Below are positions 1-9,788 of a stretch of 64,000 nucleotides of DNA, one piece after another. The position numbers and the translations under genes were made by a program. The stretch is from positions 160,001 through 224,000 of the forward strand of contig CAVYTU010000012.1 in NCBI GenBank assembly GCA_963771465.1, read 5' to 3'. The notes below the pieces were generated by a model. It was not told the origin of the DNA, did not search any database, and saw nothing but the letters and a program-made list of their open reading frames with translations. Numbering within the stretch: position 1 is the stretch's first letter; each line of letters begins with the position of its first letter. The stretch comes from an uncultured delta proteobacterium (GTDB taxonomy: Bacteria; Desulfobacterota; Binatia; UBA9968).

Positions 1-12
1 CGGGGACTAAGC

Positions 13-90
13 ATTCCAGATTCCAAATTACATATTCCAGATCACCGAGCGTTTCGACCATCTTGGAATTTGTAATCTGAAATTTGGAAT
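13..90. repeat. Short-period (7-nt) inverted-repeat hairpin element, TTCCAGA/TTCCAAA family
   Basis: ATTCCAGATTCCAAATTACATATTCCAGAT followed by reverse-complement units TTGGAATTTGTAATCTGAAATTTGGAAT; a similar element lies at 34739-34818. Confidence 0.7.
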
Positions 91-151
91 AAGATGACCC
101 TTGCCACTGAACTTTGGGTTCAATAGTATGCCGATGATGGAGGACCGCGCC

Positions 152-886
152 ATGGCAGCAGAAACGTTCCTCGTCCGAACCATGTCCGACACGGTGGAGA
201 CCGACATTCAGCGGGTTCACGTGATTGCCAATGAAATCTTGCCGCGCTACGACTTGGCGCCGCTGAGCTTCGAACAACTGCGCAAGATCGCCGACGGGCC
301 TTTCGATTTATTCCTGATTCCGCTTATCTTCGCCGCCGAGCATGCCAAGGATCACAATCTCGCTTTCAATGAAGCCAAGCGAGTCGAGATTCGTCGTATC
401 GGCTTGGAGATTGCGCGCAAGCATGGCTATGATGTGAACCCGCCGGATTTCATTTCCGGGATCGAGCAGTCTTTGCAGGAGACTAAGGCCGCCGGCATGC
501 GCAACGTCCTGATGACTACCGGCGGGCGGCGCTACAAGCATCAGGCGATGCAAAAAGTTGGTATTGGCGATTATTTCGAGGAGATCGTCGACCGAGAGGA
601 AACTTACTACGCCAAGGAACAAGGACTGTATCATATTTACCGCAAGCACGCCGCCAAACACATGCGCATCGTTCTGTTGAGCGGCACGGCGAGTTATATC
701 AAAGCCGGCAATAACGCCCACGGCTGCAAAGTCGGCGAGACTTTTCTCGAAGTATTGCCGATCGCGTTATCGACGGAGCATTCCTACAACGATGAAGCCA
801 CGCTGCGAGCGGCGCAGCCGACAGCCTTGATTCATACCTACGATGAGCTGCTGCCGGCGTTGAAAAATCTCGCGCCGCTCGGCTAG
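152..886 (+). CDS. HAD-superfamily-like protein with degenerate catalytic motifs
   Basis: ORF 101..886; ATG at 152 follows GGAGGA; HAD-like segments (VLMTT, GIGDYFEEIV, C-terminal LRAAQPTALIHTYDEL) but no N-terminal DxD. Confidence 0.55.
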   Translation: MAAETFLVRTMSDTVETDIQRVHVIANEILPRYDLAPLSFEQLRKIADGPFDLFLIPLIFAAEHAKDHNLAFNEAKRVEIRRIGLEIARKHGYDVNPPDFISGIEQSLQETKAAGMRNVLMTTGGRRYKHQAMQKVGIGDYFEEIVDREETYYAKEQGLYHIYRKHAAKHMRIVLLSGTASYIKAGNNAHGCKVGETFLEVLPIALSTEHSYNDEATLRAAQPTALIHTYDELLPALKNLAPLG

Positions 887-941
887 AGCCATTTGAATCA
901 ATTTTTTGCAGGTTGGGCTGCCGTCCGTCATGCGGCCGTGG

Positions 942-1610
942 TCACAGGATGTTGACGGCGCGCGCCGCTAACAGGGCAATAATTAGCAGCGAAAGTAGAG
1001 ACTGCATCATCATCAATACTTTTGCCCACCGCGCCAACACGGGCACGTCGGTGGGTGAAAATGCCGTGCTGGTGTTAAAAGCCAAAAACAAGTAATCAAT
1101 GAAATTGGGCGACCACAGCCGTTGGCCGGTTTGTCTCAACGCATCCTTGCTCATGGTCATCTGGGGAAAGAGGAATGCCCCTTCGGTATGACCCGGCCGT
1201 TCGTCTCGTTTGTGCGGGCCGCCGGCGTCGAGACGCCAGTACCACAAAGCGAAAACTAGAATATTGGTAAGCCACAACGATGCCGCCGAAAACAAAAGAT
1301 CCAGGGGCGTTTCTTTGTGCGCCGGCAGAGCGGCGATCAGGAAAGCGACGGAAATGATCAGTCCGGCGGTGAGCACCGCATCGACGACGAACCCTAGCAG
1401 AGTACTGAGCCGATGTCTGCCGGTATGATGGGATACTACGGTGGGAATCAGCAGCACTAAGACGACCAATGGAAAGAGCCAACGCGGGCCCATGGTCAAG
1501 ACATTGGGCAGTGCCGCGTAGAGACCGCCGACCGCCAGTACGGCGACGAACGCGGGCCAGCGTGGTTCAGCGTCTTGAGGCTCGGCTGTCGTTTCGGCTC
1601 GTGTCAACAT
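942..1610 (-). CDS. DUF1345-like membrane protein
   Basis: Several TM segments; WYWRLDAGGP, FLFPQ, PNFIDYLFLAFNTSTAFSPTD motifs; start placed at MLTRAE. Confidence 0.75.
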   Translation of the reverse strand: MLTRAETTAEPQDAEPRWPAFVAVLAVGGLYAALPNVLTMGPRWLFPLVVLVLLIPTVVSHHTGRHRLSTLLGFVVDAVLTAGLIISVAFLIAALPAHKETPLDLLFSAASLWLTNILVFALWYWRLDAGGPHKRDERPGHTEGAFLFPQMTMSKDALRQTGQRLWSPNFIDYLFLAFNTSTAFSPTDVPVLARWAKVLMMMQSLLSLLIIALLAARAVNIL

Positions 1611-1689
1611 ATCCAAAAGTCCCTCACTCGGTATGCGATGATGTGCGCGATCGGAGCCTCTTGGGGTCACGTGACGCACCGGTGAATAA

Positions 1690-2167
1690 TTAAAAGTTTC
1701 GCTGTTTGGGGTGCCACCACCCGTGACCTAAGATCGCGACGATTATGACAGTTCACTAAAATGACGACGATTTTGACCGCAGTGACACGCTCGATCAATT
1801 CATAAATCTCCACCGGGATATATAACGCGCCGGTCACTAGGGCAAAAACCTCAGCCCAGCGGTGTCGATACCATAACCCGTAAGCTTCGATAAGTCGTGC
1901 AGCTGCGTAAATGAACGCGGCAATGGCCAGCAACCACAAGCGCGCATCGGTCGCCTTTGCCGCGGCTTCAATAAAAATGTGCGGATAATGGCTGGCGGGA
2001 TTTAGATGGCTGTGGCGAACCAGCGCTGCGGCGAATTTTTCAATGTCGTGATGAACTAAGGATAACAAGCCAAATCCGACCAGTAAAACCAAAAGACCTT
2101 TGACGGCTTCGATGATCGCAATGCCGCGCACACCGACCGCGCCGCTTAACCAGCCCCACTTCGACAT
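1690..2167 (-). pseudogene. DUF2127 membrane protein with a +1 frameshift near the 3' end (possible sequencing error)
   Basis: IAIIEAVKG, EAYGLW, YIPVEIYEL motifs; removing one base near 1751 restores the hydrophobic tail NVIIVAILGHGWWHPKQRNF*. Confidence 0.65.
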
Positions 2168-2174
2168 CAGATCG

Positions 2175-3141
2175 CTAGAGCCACTTCGCCTTGCGAAAGC
2201 GAAAAAACAGATAGCCATCGATGGCGACCATTGCCACGCAGAGTGAGAGGATAACCCAGCGGCGAGTTCAGTTCCGGCATATGGTCGAAGTTCATGCCAT
2301 AGATGCCCGCGATCAAAGTCGGCACCGCGACCAGGGCGGCGTAGCCGGCGAGCCGCTTGGTAACTTCATTTTCTTGAATCGTGATGAGTGAGATCGCCAC
2401 CGAAATGGCGGTGGTGATCATGTCGCGCAAACTATCGACGGATTGATTCAGACGCAACAAATGATCGTAGATATCGCGGAAATAATCTTGCAGTCCGGCG
2501 CATAGCTGGGGCACCCGGCCGCCGAAGAGTTTGCTGCTCGCCTCCAACAACGGCTCGGTGGCGTGTTTGAGGATCATCAGCTTTCGTTTCAAATCGTAAA
2601 GCGCTTCGATATTGGCGCGCGCGGTCTGGTTGGCAAACATGCGCTCTTCGATGTTTTCAATTTCGGTTTCGAGCTCGTCGAGAATGGGAAAATAGCGGTC
2701 GACGACGGCGTCCATGAGCGCGTAAAGCACGTATCCGGAACCGTGGCTTAAGAGTTCGGGCTCACGTTCGCAACGGACGCGCACGTCGGTGAAGCCGCGC
2801 TTAGCGCCGGAGCGCACGGAAAGCACATAGTTGGCGCCGACAAAGATGCCGACCTCGCCGACGGTCAGTTCGTCGCCGGCGCGTTCGATCATCTGCAGCA
2901 CGACGAACAACGAGCCGTCGTATTCTTCGATCTTGGGACGCTGGTGGCCGTGTTGAGCGTCCTCGACTGCAAGATCATGGAGATCGAATTCGTTTTGCAT
3001 CGTCTGAAGCTCGTCCGGCGTCGGATCATTGAGCGCAACCCAGACGAAGCAATCTTTGTGGGAGATGTAAGAATGAATTTCGCTCACCGGTATGTTGGTG
3101 AGCCTGCGGCCGTTCTGGTAAGCGACACAGTTGACGATCAT
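2175..3141 (-). CDS. corA: Magnesium/cobalt transporter CorA (apparent +1 frameshift in the last TM helix)
   Basis: HQRPKIEEY and YGMNF..MPEL signature; removing one base near 2238 restores TM2 LVAMVAIDGYLFFRFRKAKWL*. Confidence 0.85.
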
Positions 3142-3287
3142 CGAAAAGCCTCGCGCTGTAGAAATCGAGCTGTTCGGTACTTTGGCTCGATTGATGCGTG
3201 GGAGTCAAGCCGCATGCTTGTGAGTTGAAATTTCATGCACTACTCTTGGGCTTATCGAAGCGAGCGAGAATCCCAATCGGAGGTGTC

Positions 3288-3844
3288 GTGGAGCCGTTAC
3301 GAAATTTTCTGTCGGGCCGAGTCTCAGTGACGATCGGCGATATCACCAAGGAAGGCGTCGACGCCATCGTCAACGCCGCGAACGGCACGCTGATGGGCGG
3401 TGGCGGTGTAGACGGCGCGATTCATCGCGCTGGCGGACCGGAAATATTGGCGGCATGCAAAGACATTCGCCGCACACGGTATCCCGACGGATTACCGACG
3501 GGCCAAGCGGTGATCACCACAGGAGGTAAATTGCCAGCGAAGCATGTCATTCACACCGTCGGACCGGTATACGGTCGCGGCGGCGCGGACAAAGCGGAGC
3601 TTTTGGGCAAGCTGTTATCTGAATTCGTTGAGCCTGGCTGTCGAGCATGGGCTCAAGTCAATCGCTTTCCCGGCGATCTCCACCGGCGTGTACGGTTACC
3701 CGCTGGCCGAAGCGGCCAAGGTGTCGTCGCAAGCGATTGAGAAATTTTTGCGCGCCGATAAGTCGATCGAGGAAGTAAGATTGGTTTTCTTCGCGCGCGG
3801 GCGATGCCGAGGTGTTCTTGAAACATCACGCCTTTACGGAATAA
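3288..3844 (+). pseudogene. Macro-domain O-acetyl-ADP-ribose deacetylase (YmdB-like), split by two +1 frameshifts
   Basis: GDIT, AIVNAAN..LMGGGGVDGAIHRAGG, VIHTVGP in ORF 3198..3740; SIAFPAISTGVYGYP in ORF 3544..3873; extra G near 3606 and near 3799; GGAGG before GTG at 3288. Confidence 0.8.
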
Positions 3845-3895
3845 GGATGCAGGCAACAGCGATTAGGCAATAGGCAACGTTACGGAAGAAGATCC

Positions 3896-4880
3896 ATGAA
3901 TAAAAATCTCACTCGCCTCGCTGTGTGCGCCATACTCTTGGTTCTTCACTTTCCATCCGAGGCGCAGCAGCCGGCGAGAATTCCCGGATAGGAATTCTGA
4001 TCCCGGTCTCCGCGTCCTTCTTTTCGGCCCGGGTCGAAGCATTTCGCCAACGGCTGCGCGAGCTTGGCTATGTCGAAGGAAAAAACATTGTCATTGAGTA
4101 CCGATATGCAGAAGGGAAACTCGAACGGCTGCCTGACCTTGCAGCCGAACTGGTCCGGCTCAAAGTTGACGTCATCGTCACCGCCGGCCCCGGGCTACTT
4201 TAGCTGCCAAGAAGGCGAGCGCGACAATTCCCATCGTATTCGCCGGTGCTAGCGATCCAGTAGGAACTGGGCTTGTCTCCAGCCTGGCGCGACCAGGCGG
4301 GAATATCACCGGACTTAGCCTCATGGCGCCAGATCTAGATGGCAAACGGTTGGAACTGCTCAAGGAAGCCTTCCCTAAGGTTGCCCGGGTGGCCTTCCTC
4401 TGGCAATCGAGTGGTTCGAGGGGAAACCTGCGCTCTCACAGACATGGAGGCTGCGGCCAAGGCGTTGGGACTCAAACTTCTATCGCTTGAGGTGCGAAGC
4501 CTTGACGATTTTGAGGGCGCATTCGCACGAGCGAAAAAGGAAGGCGCCCAGGCGCTCATTACGACCCCAAGTGGACTTATCAATACTCAGCAACGCCAAG
4601 TGTTGGACTTCGCGGCAAAGAACCGGTTGCCGGCGATGTACCACTACAGTGAGTTTGTTGAGGCCGGCGGCTTGATGAGCTACGCGGCCAAACAATACGG
4701 ACTTATGGCGGCGCGCCGCTGACTTTGTCGACAAGATCTTGAAAGGCGCCAAGCCCGCCGACATTCCCGTCGAGCAGCCGATGAAGTTTGAGTTTATCGT
4801 CAATCTCAAGGCCGCAAAGCAGATCGGCGTGACGATTCCCGCCGAATGTGCTGGTACGGGCGGATAGAGTGATTCGATAA
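3896..4880 (+). pseudogene. ABC transporter substrate-binding protein (ABC_sub_bind type), copy 1, several frameshifts
   Basis: LRELGYVEGKNIVIEYR, RPGGNITG, GGLMSY, KILKGAKPADIPVEQP spread over several frames. Confidence 0.8.
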
Positions 4881-4934
4881 ATAATCGCAACGCGCAAGGG
4901 CGAAGAGCAAAGGATGAGAACCGGGAGCAACCAT

Positions 4935-5915
4935 GTGAGAAAGAACATCGTGCGTCTTACGCTTGGCGTTTTGCTCTTAGCGCTTAGCTTCCCGCAGCGG
5001 CGCAGCAGCCGGCGAGAATTCCCCGGATAGGAATACTGATCGGGGCTTCCGCGTCCGTCTTTTCGGCCTGGGTCGAAACATTTCGCCAACGGCTGCGCGA
5101 GCTTGGCTATGTCGAAGGAAAAAACATTGTCATTGAGTACCGATATGCAGAAGGGAAACTCGAACGGCTGCCTGACCTTGCAGCCGAACTGGTCCGTCTC
5201 AAAGTTGACGTTATCGTCACCGCCTGGCCCGGCTATTTTAGCTGCTAAGAAGGCGAGCCGCGACAATTCCCATCGTATTCGCCGGTGCTACCGATCCAGT
5301 AGGAAGTGGGCTCGTTTCCAGCCTGGCGCGACCAGGCGGGAATATCACCGGACTTGCCAACATGGCGCCAGATCTAGATGGCAAACGGTTGGAACTGCTC
5401 AAGGAAGCCTTCCCTAAGGTTGCCCGGGTTGCCTTCCTCTGGCAATCGAGTGGTTCGAGGGGAAACCTGGCTCTCACAGACATGGAAGCTGCGGCCAAGG
5501 CGTTGGGACTCAAACTTCTATCGCTTGAGGTGCGAAGCCTTGACGATTTTGAGGCGCATTTGCCCGAGCGAAAAGGGACGGCGCCCAGGCGCTCATTACG
5601 ACCAAGATGGACTTATAATTACTCAGCAACGCCAAGTGTTGGACTTCGCGGCAAAGAACCGGTTGCCGGCGATGTACCCAGACAGTGAGTTTGTTGAGGC
5701 CGGCGGCTTGATGAGCTACGCGCCGAACTATACGGACTTATGCCGGCGCGCCGCTGACTTTGTCGACAAGATCTTGAAAGGCACCAAGCCCGCCGACATT
5801 CCCGTCGAGCAGCCGACGAAGTTTGAGTTCATCGTCAATCTCAAGGCAGCTAAGCAGATCGGCTTGACGGTTCCCGCCGAATGTGCTGGCGCGGGCGGAT
5901 AGAGTCATACGGTAA
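4935..5915 (+). pseudogene. ABC transporter substrate-binding protein (ABC_sub_bind type), copy 2, tandem paralogue with frameshifts
   Basis: Near-identical nucleotide sequence to 3960-4880; same motifs split across ORFs 5103, 5362 and 5378. Confidence 0.8.
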
Positions 5916-6003
5916 GGCAAAGGTAAAAATTAAAAAGACAGAACGAAGATTTGGACTGAGGGAGAGCCAGATCTCGGAGTACATCATAGATGGAAAATTC
6001 GAG

Positions 6004-7428
6004 ATGTTGGATTCAAATAATACCAGTCGGATTGGGATCGAAGGCGTTTCATATTCATTGACGCATGTGCCGGACTTGGTGCGGTTTGGCTCGAAACCTT
6101 TGCGCGAGTTGCGAGCGCAGCCGGCGCTGTCGGCGCAGTTGGCGCAACGGCTGCGCGACTTTCCTGCGGCGACGGCGTACGCGCCGCATCAGGTTTATAT
6201 CGGCAACATTGCGCCGGAGAAGCTACGCGATTTGCCGCAGCCTTGGTACGAAAAATTAATTGAAGGTGCGACGGCGCAGGGGCGCTTCGGCGATCTCGTC
6301 GATCAGAACAAGTTTTATGCTTTGCTCGCCGGCGCGGATCAGTTCAATCTCGTTAGCTTCGAAGAAGAATGGTTTCAAGCGCATGCGGCAGCACATTCGA
6401 TCGGCCGCGCGCCGCGATTAAAGCCGCTGAGCGAAATCCAAAATCTCTGCGATAAAGGCGCGCTGCCGCTCTATTCCGGCGCTCAGTTGGTCGGCGCTTT
6501 TGAATCGGCGCACGAGGAAGACGCTAGTCTTGCTGCCGAAGTCTTGCTGGAAAATCTCGCTGGGAAAGTTTCGGCGGCGCATTCGCTGCGCCTGTTACTC
6601 AATTCGCTTAACCTCAAACCGGAAGAGGTCGACTTCGTCATCAGCTGCTCGGAAGAAGCGGTGGGCGATCGTTATAATCGCGGCGGCGGCAATCTGGCGA
6701 AGGCGATTGCCGAAGACGTCGGTTGCGGCAATGCGTCGGGGTGTGACGTCAAAGCATTTTGCGCCGGGCCGATGTACGCCATAGTGCAAGGCGCGAGCTT
6801 GATTCAATCCGGCGTCGCGAAAAAAGTCGCCGTGGTCGCCGGCGGGTCGTTGGCCAAACTCGGCATGAAGTTCGAATCGCACTTGAAGAAAAACATGCCG
6901 GTGCTTGAAGATGTGCTCGGCAGCTTCGCGGTTATCCTCAGCGCGGCGAAACCGGGACAGGTTTCGATCCGGCTCGATTCCGCGGCGTTTCATCCGGTGC
7001 GCGCCGGCGGCTCGCCCCAGGCGATGGCTGAGGAACTTGCCGAGAAGCCGTTGGCAAAGCTCGGCATGAAATTAACCGATGTTGACCGTTATGGGGTCGA
7101 ACTGCACAATCCCGAGATCACCGTTCCGTCCGGTAGCGGCGACGTGCCGCGGACGAATTACTTGACCCTCGCCGCTTTGGCTGTGATGCGCGGGCAGATT
7201 CAGAAGAACCAGATGGAAGATTTCGTCCGGGCCCGCGGCATGTTAGGCTATGCGCCGACGCAGGGACATATTCCCTCGGCGATCGTTTATTTGGGTCACG
7301 CAAAGGCGGCGCTCGAGAGCGGCGCGATTCGCAATGCGTTGCTCATGGCGAAGGGTAGCTTGTTTCTTGGCCGGATGACGCAGTTGTCGGACGGTTGCTC
7401 GTTTCTGGTCGATCGGAACGAAGATTAG
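6004..7428 (+). CDS. grdC: Glycine/sarcosine/betaine reductase protein C beta subunit (FabH-like fold)
   Basis: [86 protein letters not shown]; start at MLDSNN. Confidence 0.85.
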   Translation: MLDSNNTSRIGIEGVSYSLTHVPDLVRFGSKPLRELRAQPALSAQLAQRLRDFPAATAYAPHQVYIGNIAPEKLRDLPQPWYEKLIEGATAQGRFGDLVDQNKFYALLAGADQFNLVSFEEEWFQAHAAAHSIGRAPRLKPLSEIQNLCDKGALPLYSGAQLVGAFESAHEEDASLAAEVLLENLAGKVSAAHSLRLLLNSLNLKPEEVDFVISCSEEAVGDRYNRGGGNLAKAIAEDVGCGNASGCDVKAFCAGPMYAIVQGASLIQSGVAKKVAVVAGGSLAKLGMKFESHLKKNMPVLEDVLGSFAVILSAAKPGQVSIRLDSAAFHPVRAGGSPQAMAEELAEKPLAKLGMKLTDVDRYGVELHNPEITVPSGSGDVPRTNYLTLAALAVMRGQIQKNQMEDFVRARGMLGYAPTQGHIPSAIVYLGHAKAALESGAIRNALLMAKGSLFLGRMTQLSDGCSFLVDRNED

Positions 7429-7438
7429 TGGAGGTCGA

Positions 7439-7894
7439 ATGCAAAAAGGTAAAAAAGTTATCGCCATCGGCGAACGGGACGGCGTGCCGGGTCCGGTGAT
7501 CGCCGAGTGTCTCCAAGGCGCGGGCTACGAAGTTATCTTCCAGGCCACCGAGTGCTTTGTTTGAACCGCCGCGGGCGCGATGAACTTCGAAAACCAAGGA
7601 GTCATCAAGCGCCTGGCGGACCAGTATGGTCCGGAAAATTTAACGGTGGTGTTGGGCAATGGCGAGGCCAATGGCGTCGAAGTGTTCGCTGAGACGGTTA
7701 CCCAGGGCGATCCCAGTTATGCGGGTCCGCTCGCCGGCGTGGCGCTCAAGATCCCCGTCTATCATGTGCTCGAAGACGAGGTGATGGGGCAAGTGCCGGA
7801 AAATTTACGCCAAGATAAATTGCAACTATCTTGTCTGGTCATTGACGTCGAGCCCATGCATCAGGTGCTGCAAGCGTCGAGAGAGAGGCTCTAA
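7439..7894 (+). CDS. grdA: Glycine/sarcosine/betaine reductase selenoprotein A (151 aa, Sec at codon 42)
   Basis: ATG at 7439 after GGAGG reads [19 protein letters not shown]...ATECFV-(TGA 7562-7564)[11 protein letters not shown] and continues in frame into ORF 7580..7894 ([20 protein letters not shown]); this is the GrdA CxxU motif. Confidence 0.9.
7566..7619 (+). promoter_or_regulatory. Candidate SECIS hairpin just 3' of the grdA UGA
   Basis: Hand-folded stem: CCGCC/GGCGG, GG/CU, GCGC/GCGC, GAUGA/UCAUC, CUUC/GGAG closing a GAAAACCAA loop. Confidence 0.55.
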
Positions 7895-7906
7895 TTTTCT
7901 TAAAAC

Positions 7907-7975
7907 TGTTCGAGAGTTCAAGCGTTCAAGGTTCAATGCTAGACCACTTCCGATCAAACCTTGAACTTTTGAACA
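7907..7975. repeat. Short-period GTTCAA/TTGAAC inverted-repeat element between convergent genes
   Basis: GTTCGAGAGTTCAAGCGTTCAAGGTTCAA ... CCTTGAACTTTTGAAC. Confidence 0.55.
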
Positions 7976-7994
7976 GGATTTAATCGCGGCTGCT

Positions 7995-8993
7995 TCACTT
8001 TCGGTACAAATTTTTAATAAACCCCGAATCTTCGAGTTCTTTGACAAACCGCGAGTCGATGTAGTCTTTGACATTGGCTTGCGCTGCTTTGGGATTTTTC
8101 TCCGCCAGATCTTGCAGCACAAGCTGATAGCCGTCGATTGGCGCGTAGGGCGCGTCGGGCATAAACTTGGCGTGCCAGTCCCAGGCCTCTTCGAGAAACT
8201 TGCGATCATCCACGCGGGAATATTTTCTCATGATCTTAAATACGTCTTCTTTGTGGGTTTTATAAAAATAGATCGCCTCGGTGTAGGCGCGTAGGTAGCG
8301 GCGTACCAGGTCTGGATTCTCTCGGATCAACTTGGTCGAGGTGTAAACACCGTTTTGCGGAAACGGGATTTGCAGTGCGACCATATCGACGACGGTGGGA
8401 TAGCCGAGCTTCTCCGCCTGAGATTTTCCGGCTTCGGTCACTACAGTGAATTGTACGATGCCTTTTTGCAACGCCACCATGCGCTCGAGGGAGCCGCCGA
8501 TGACGCGCAAATTGACGTCCTTCAGCGGGTCGATGCCGATTTTCTTCAGGCCGACTTTAAGGGCAAATTCTGCCGTCGTGCCGGCGATATGATTGCCGCC
8601 GATTTTGCCTTTAAGCTCCTCGGGCTTTTTGATGCTCGGATGCGCGACGAGATAATAGGGTAACACATTGACGTTGCCGGCGATGGCGATGACGTCGCCG
8701 CCGGCAAGCCGCGCGCTCGCGAGACCGGGGCCGCCGCCTTCGCCGATGGGAATTTCTGCCGCGAGAATTGACTGAATGCCGCGTACGCTGCCGGAGATGA
8801 AAATAACGGTGGCGTCGATGCCGTGCTTTTCGAAGATACGCGTATCTTTGGCGACCTGAAGGACGGTGGACGACCCCGGTGTGGTGGAAATGTAGGCGGT
8901 GTTGAGCTTGTCCGCGGCAAGGCTAGGTTGGGCGACATTTTGGATTGCCGCAACGACGCTCCACACGGTAATTAGACGCGCAATGTCTTTCAT
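7995..8993 (-). CDS. NitT/TauT (SsuA/THI5-like) ABC substrate-binding protein
   Basis: Signal peptide; IFEKHGID, ELKGK.G and C-terminal DSRFVKELEDSGFIK typical of the family. Confidence 0.8.
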   Translation of the reverse strand: MKDIARLITVWSVVAAIQNVAQPSLAADKLNTAYISTTPGSSTVLQVAKDTRIFEKHGIDATVIFISGSVRGIQSILAAEIPIGEGGGPGLASARLAGGDVIAIAGNVNVLPYYLVAHPSIKKPEELKGKIGGNHIAGTTAEFALKVGLKKIGIDPLKDVNLRVIGGSLERMVALQKGIVQFTVVTEAGKSQAEKLGYPTVVDMVALQIPFPQNGVYTSTKLIRENPDLVRRYLRAYTEAIYFYKTHKEDVFKIMRKYSRVDDRKFLEEAWDWHAKFMPDAPYAPIDGYQLVLQDLAEKNPKAAQANVKDYIDSRFVKELEDSGFIKNLYRK

Positions 8994-9109
8994 TCCGGAC
9001 CTCCAGAACTGACCCTGTGGCGAACCGAGTTAACCGTATAACAACCGGCGGCTCGAGACAAAGCCTGGCGCGTTGACATCGCGGCCAAATTAAACTTCAA
9101 TCGGCGCTG

Positions 9110-9757
9110 ATGAAAAAATCCGTTGATTTAGTCATGTTCGACCTCGATGGGACGTTGGCCGATACCGGCCACGATCTGGCAGATTCGGTGAACTTCACGC
9201 GGGCGCATTTTCAATTGTCCGGGTTACCGGAACAGTCGGTTTACTCGAACGTTGGCCGTGGCGTCGAACATCTGCTTAAGCAGTCGTTGCCCGAACAAAC
9301 AGCGGGTCATTTCGATGAGGCGATGCGGGTCTTTCTCACCCACTACGAAGCGCATCTGCTCGACCGCACGGTGCTTTATCCGGGAGTGCGTGAAGTGTTG
9401 AGCTATTTTCGCGGCAAGCGCCGGTTGGTGGTGAGCAACAAGATTCATCGGTTGACGCTGGCGGTGCTGCGCGGGCTTGGTGTCGCTGGCGAGTTCGATG
9501 CGATTTTCGGCGGCGATAGCGCGGCTGAGAAGAAGCCGCACCCGGCGTTGTTACATTTGGCGCTGGAGCAATTTCAAATTTCCCCGGCGAGCGCCTTGAT
9601 GATCGGCGATGGTGATACCGATATCCAAGCCGGCAAGCGCGCCGGCGTGGCGACCTGCGGCGTGACCTACGGTCTCGGTAACAAGAACGATTTGCTGGCG
9701 GCTCAACCCGATGTTTTGATCGAGCGCATCGGCGACCTGCCGAATTATTTTTGTTGA
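9110..9757 (+). CDS. gph: HAD hydrolase, phosphoglycolate phosphatase-like
   Basis: FDLDGTLADT, VSNK, KKPHP, MIGDGDTDIQAG. Confidence 0.75.
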   Translation: MKKSVDLVMFDLDGTLADTGHDLADSVNFTRAHFQLSGLPEQSVYSNVGRGVEHLLKQSLPEQTAGHFDEAMRVFLTHYEAHLLDRTVLYPGVREVLSYFRGKRRLVVSNKIHRLTLAVLRGLGVAGEFDAIFGGDSAAEKKPHPALLHLALEQFQISPASALMIGDGDTDIQAGKRAGVATCGVTYGLGNKNDLLAAQPDVLIERIGDLPNYFC

Positions 9758-9788
9758 GGTAGATACGATTCTACCAAGGAGGAATTTT

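Noticed and set aside
5881-6003. N-terminal extension of grdC in the ORF track
   Set aside because: Overlaps the end of the SBP paralogue and a low-complexity spacer; GrdC similarity begins after ATG 6004
7580-7894. 104-aa ORF as an independent gene
   Set aside because: It is the C-terminal part of grdA, downstream of the Sec UGA
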